20,614 bases of DNA, from the IMG/VR virus record IMGVR_UViG_3300022555_000035. One strand, given 5' to 3'. Source of the stretch: an uncultured virus (IMG/VR IMGVR_UViG_3300022555_000035) (Duplodnaviria; Heunggongvirae; Uroviricota; Caudoviricetes). Shown piece after piece: positions 17,739 through 20,614 of this stretch. How positions within the stretch are numbered: position 1 is the stretch's first letter; each line of letters starts with the position of its first letter. Position numbers and translations under genes: made by a program. The notes beneath the pieces are model-generated. The model ran no database searches. It was not told where the DNA came from and saw only the letters and a list, made by a program, of their open reading frames with translations.

Positions 17739-18722
17739 ATGAGTCAATTAAAACAAAAGAAAAACGGGATATGGACACCTGTTAGTGGTCCCACTACTGT
17801 ATTCAATATGAACTCAATACCTTCCTATACCGCAGAGCCTCCTACCCCTGCTTATGGGGGAGGGGAAGTTTATTCGAAGCAGGGGGGATTGTATTTCAAA
17901 GATTACCTCGGAAATACAACGATACTTGTTGCGGAGAAGGGGGGATACCCAACTTCCTATTTGAGTATGCTCCATTTTGAAGGAGATTTAACTGACGATA
18001 TAGGAGCAGTGTGGGTTAAAACTGGAGCAGTGGATTTAACAACTTCCAAAAAGAAATTTGGAGCATCCGCTCTAAACTTTCCGGGAAGTGGAACTCTTGT
18101 GCGGAACACCTCGTTAGTAATTGGGACAGGGAACTTTGAATATGATTTTCAGATTTATTTTGAATCCTCCCCCGGAGGATGGACTCAAATATTTGGGGCT
18201 ACCAATACAGGGGGAGTTGCTTTTGCTTATGTTGGGGGAACTATTTCGATGGGATGTGCCGGGATAGCCGACCTGTTAAATGCCTCCTTGACACTATCTG
18301 CACAGACTTTTCATCATATTAAATTTGGAAGACGAAGTGGAGTAGGATATATTCTCGCGGATGGAGCTTTAGTTGCCTCTGGAGCAGTGACCAGAGATTA
18401 TGGAACTTTTAATATTAAGATGGGAGAAGATGTTGGCGGGGGAAGAAATTTAACCGCTGTCATAGATGAGTTGAGAATATCCACAGAGTTGACTGATATA
18501 ACTACCTATACCCCTCCTACTGCTGCCTATGCCCCTGTAACCTTGACTGAACCTCCCGCAATTCCTATTCCGTCTGCTCGATCTCTTCTGGATATTCCCA
18601 TTGGAGTTCCCGCCACTCTTCCGGAAGCAGGAAAGTTGCGGATTTATGGGGAACTGTTGTCTGCTGTTGGGACATACGTTTTGAAAGCGAAAGATAGTGC
18701 AGGAACTATTTACACCTTATGA
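17739..18722 (+). CDS. LamG/ConA-like tail fibre protein, paralogous to the middle of the upstream gene
   Basis: PSY..GGG..Y.KQGGLYF.DYLGN.T.LV.EKG..F.GDLTD shared with 15399-17723; KKFGASAL..GTGNF..IDELRIS; AGGAGG RBS. Confidence 0.78.
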   Translation: MSQLKQKKNGIWTPVSGPTTVFNMNSIPSYTAEPPTPAYGGGEVYSKQGGLYFKDYLGNTTILVAEKGGYPTSYLSMLHFEGDLTDDIGAVWVKTGAVDLTTSKKKFGASALNFPGSGTLVRNTSLVIGTGNFEYDFQIYFESSPGGWTQIFGATNTGGVAFAYVGGTISMGCAGIADLLNASLTLSAQTFHHIKFGRRSGVGYILADGALVASGAVTRDYGTFNIKMGEDVGGGRNLTAVIDELRISTELTDITTYTPPTAAYAPVTLTEPPAIPIPSARSLLDIPIGVPATLPEAGKLRIYGELLSAVGTYVLKAKDSAGTIYTL

Positions 18723-18742
18723 GAAAGAGGGGGGTAAGGTTT

Positions 18743-19249
18743 GTGGAACCGAGAGAATTTTTTGAGCGAGTAATGCCCGTAGTTCAAGAAGCATGTAACC
18801 GATGGGGACTCTACCCATCGATTGCAGGAGCACAGTTATTCCTTGAGAGCAAGGGAGGGAACAGCGAACTTGCTGTCAATGCGAATAACATTGCGGGGAA
18901 GAAATTAAATCGCGGGAAATTTGAACCGTATTTTAAAATGACCAATGAGTATTTGACCTGCACAGAGGAGCAAGCAATAGCACAGGGATTTACTCCCGTG
19001 GATGTTTCCCGCAATCTTTACTCAAAGCCCCTCCCCTTCAATATGTATGCCTCTTGGAACGAGTGCATTTACCACTACTGTGAAAATATAATGACCTCCA
19101 AATGGTATACAGTTCCTGTGTCTCAGCTTAACGATTACAATAACTTCCTCCACGCTCTTATTGTTGTGTATGCCCCTAACCATCCCACCTATTATGATGA
19201 TATACTAAGAGTCGTGGAGCAGTATAATCTGCGTAAATATGATTATTAA
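18743..19249 (+). CDS. GH73 (FlgJ/glucosaminidase-like) peptidoglycan hydrolase, probable endolysin
   Basis: PSIAGAQLFLES (catalytic Glu)..LAVNANNIAGKK..FNMYASWNE..YAPNHPTYYD. GTG 18743 preferred over ATG 18719 because of the AGAGGGGGG RBS. Confidence 0.85.
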   Translation: MEPREFFERVMPVVQEACNRWGLYPSIAGAQLFLESKGGNSELAVNANNIAGKKLNRGKFEPYFKMTNEYLTCTEEQAIAQGFTPVDVSRNLYSKPLPFNMYASWNECIYHYCENIMTSKWYTVPVSQLNDYNNFLHALIVVYAPNHPTYYDDILRVVEQYNLRKYDY

Positions 19250-19263
19250 GGGGGGAGAGATAA

Positions 19264-19591
19264 GTGGCATACGTTACTGAAATGATTACCGGGAAGACAT
19301 GGAGTAGAACTTGTGTGAGGAAGAATGCTGCGGGAGCAGTGATTCCCTATGGCAGAGCCACCGTGGGGAGCAGACTTATCCTCAGGTCCACAAATAGCTC
19401 GAAGAGGAATGTTTGCCACGGATGCCTCCGTGCACGGGGAGTCCGAAATAGTTTTGAATGAGGGACAGGGATTTGGATTGTTTTTGCGTAATGCCTCCGC
19501 ACAATTCTTTCACGAGTTTATCGCTGTTGTAGTTATTGATGCCCCGGATGTAGTTACCGGGGGAAGTGTAGCTACCAGTTATGCTTTCTAA
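19264..19591 (+). other. Overlapping ORF pair, probably one ~108-aa gene split by a +1 frameshift
   Basis: Strong RBS and GTG 19264 give ..KNAAGAVIP. At ATT-CCC-TAT-G (19342-19351) the +1 frame continues MAEPPWGAD.. to the stop at 19591. Confidence 0.5.
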
Positions 19592-19643
19592 GCTCACTGG
19601 GGAAAGGAGCACCACATCTGCCGTTAATTAAGGGGGTTTTGGC

Positions 19644-20117
19644 GTGTGCCGCATATTGATTATTGATACCGACCCGCAGGTAATCGATGTAGTGCAGCGG
19701 TATTTGCAGGAGTTTGACGTGAAAATGGTTGACGGTCCCGCAGCCTTGGCCGCTTACTTGCAAGACGAACCCGCAATAACATTAGTCTGTCCGCAGCAGG
19801 GGTTATCGGTAATTAAAGAACTGGCGGCAGCAGGTGCGGGAACCTGCCCGTCGAGGCTGTGCGGCTTGACTGCAGACTTGACCGAGACGGCGGTCGATGA
19901 GCTTTATAATGCAGGTGTGACAGACATCGTCTGGAAGCCGCTTCATCCTGTGTTAATTCAGCGGCGGCTAAACGACATATTGACATTTCAGCGTATTTAC
20001 GGCAAGGAAAGAAATCAAGCGTCTTTTATTGTGGATATAACAGACAGACTGGAGCAGTTGAATCAACGAGCAAGGGCTAAAGTGGATGCTATTTACCGCG
20101 ACAGAGGCCTGCTGTGA
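19644..20117 (+). CDS. Degenerate CheY-like receiver domain protein (pseudo-receiver)
   Basis: RILIIDTDPQV..G..AL..P..TLVC..GLSVIKEL..LTA..AGVTDIVWKP..LIQR matches the REC pattern; Cys49 sits at the expected phospho-Asp position. AAGGGGG RBS, GTG start. Confidence 0.8.
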   Translation: MCRILIIDTDPQVIDVVQRYLQEFDVKMVDGPAALAAYLQDEPAITLVCPQQGLSVIKELAAAGAGTCPSRLCGLTADLTETAVDELYNAGVTDIVWKPLHPVLIQRRLNDILTFQRIYGKERNQASFIVDITDRLEQLNQRARAKVDAIYRDRGLL

Positions 20118-20572
20118 GACGGTCAAACGCTGATGTCAGGGCGCAGCGGATGAAAGACCCGTTTCCCGTTTACAATGAAAAATGTATCGGATGCAGAGAA
20201 AAGTCAAAAAAAATTCAGGACATCTGCTATGGCGTAGAGGATGCATCTTTTGAAATCGAAGATGCTGCAGAAGTATTAAAAACGCTGAACAGCAGGCAAA
20301 ACGGATTTGATGACCGATTGACAGCGGATGAAATACAGCAAGATATTATTGACAAGCGGCTGGTAAATGCGGAAAGCAAGCTGAAAGATGTGGAAACCCT
20401 GACGCGGCGAATGGACGAAACAGAGAAAGGGCTGCTGCCGGCATTAGTGCTTGTTGCAAGATACGACAGAGTAAAAGTAATCGCGGCTTTTGTAATTGTA
20501 GTTGTATCGACGCTGACAGCACTTTTGATGCAAGTTCCCTCAAGTTGGTGGGGGAAGGTGTTTCGCATATGA
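20114..20572 (+). CDS. Coiled-coil protein with C-terminal transmembrane helix (holin-/XhlA-like architecture)
   Basis: CIGC motif, charged coiled-coil region, hydrophobic VIAAFVIVVVSTLTALLM near the C-terminus. GTGA overlap with the upstream stop; exact start uncertain. Confidence 0.6.
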   Translation: MRRSNADVRAQRMKDPFPVYNEKCIGCREKSKKIQDICYGVEDASFEIEDAAEVLKTLNSRQNGFDDRLTADEIQQDIIDKRLVNAESKLKDVETLTRRMDETEKGLLPALVLVARYDRVKVIAAFVIVVVSTLTALLMQVPSSWWGKVFRI

Positions 20573-20614
20573 TTAAATTAAAAGTGTCGAAGCCGCTGAT
20601 GATTGTTGTCGCAG
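20569..20614 (+). CDS. Partial ORF with basic then hydrophobic N-terminus (possible lysis membrane protein), runs off the window
   Basis: ATGA overlap, GGGGAAGG RBS, MIKLKVSKPLMIVVA... Confidence 0.5.
   Translation, partial: MIKLKVSKPLMIVVA

Noticed and set aside
16290..18000. Similar segments at ~16300-16470 and ~17820-18000 as a DGR template/variable repeat pair
   Set aside because: Differences are not confined to adenines, both copies are coding, and no reverse transcriptase is present. This is ordinary paralogy.
18719..18742. ATG 18719 as the lysin start
   Set aside because: A strong RBS lies inside this segment, favouring GTG 18743, although coupling via the ATGA overlap cannot be excluded.
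293..20568. Minus-strand and nested alternative-frame ORFs in the track (e.g. 2807-3400, 14349-15032, 3400-3708)
   Set aside because: They are shadows of well-supported + strand genes and have no recognisable motifs.
1..20614. tRNA, rRNA, CRISPR array, intron or intein
   Set aside because: Intergenic gaps are very short and no such signatures were recognised.

Overview
Late structural region of a long-tailed, siphovirus-like phage or prophage; all supported genes are on the + strand. The tail-tip module is of the RcGTA-like type: tape measure protein (probably 5'-truncated, with an embedded M15-like peptidase), two tandem DUF2460 distal-tail genes, a DUF2163/BR0599 hub, an NlpC/P60 protein, a Phage-tail_3 central tail protein and a DUF2793 fibre. 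After a deletion remnant and a near-consensus sigma70/sigmaA promoter comes a mosaic accessory fibre region: two diverged copies of a three-gene module joined at a recombination scar, then two SPRY/LamG adhesins. The window ends with a GH73 lysin, a frameshifted ORF pair, a degenerate receiver-domain gene and membrane-protein genes. The most striking structure is a ~1 kb in-frame cassette in the second DUF2460 gene. It is bracketed by a perfect 32-bp direct repeat whose collapse would regenerate a short gene ending GAC-TAA. It also begins with a 25-bp sequence identical to the start of the hub's C-terminal extension, which suggests a swappable tail-tip accessory domain. All family assignments are from motif recognition by eye; no database searches were run.
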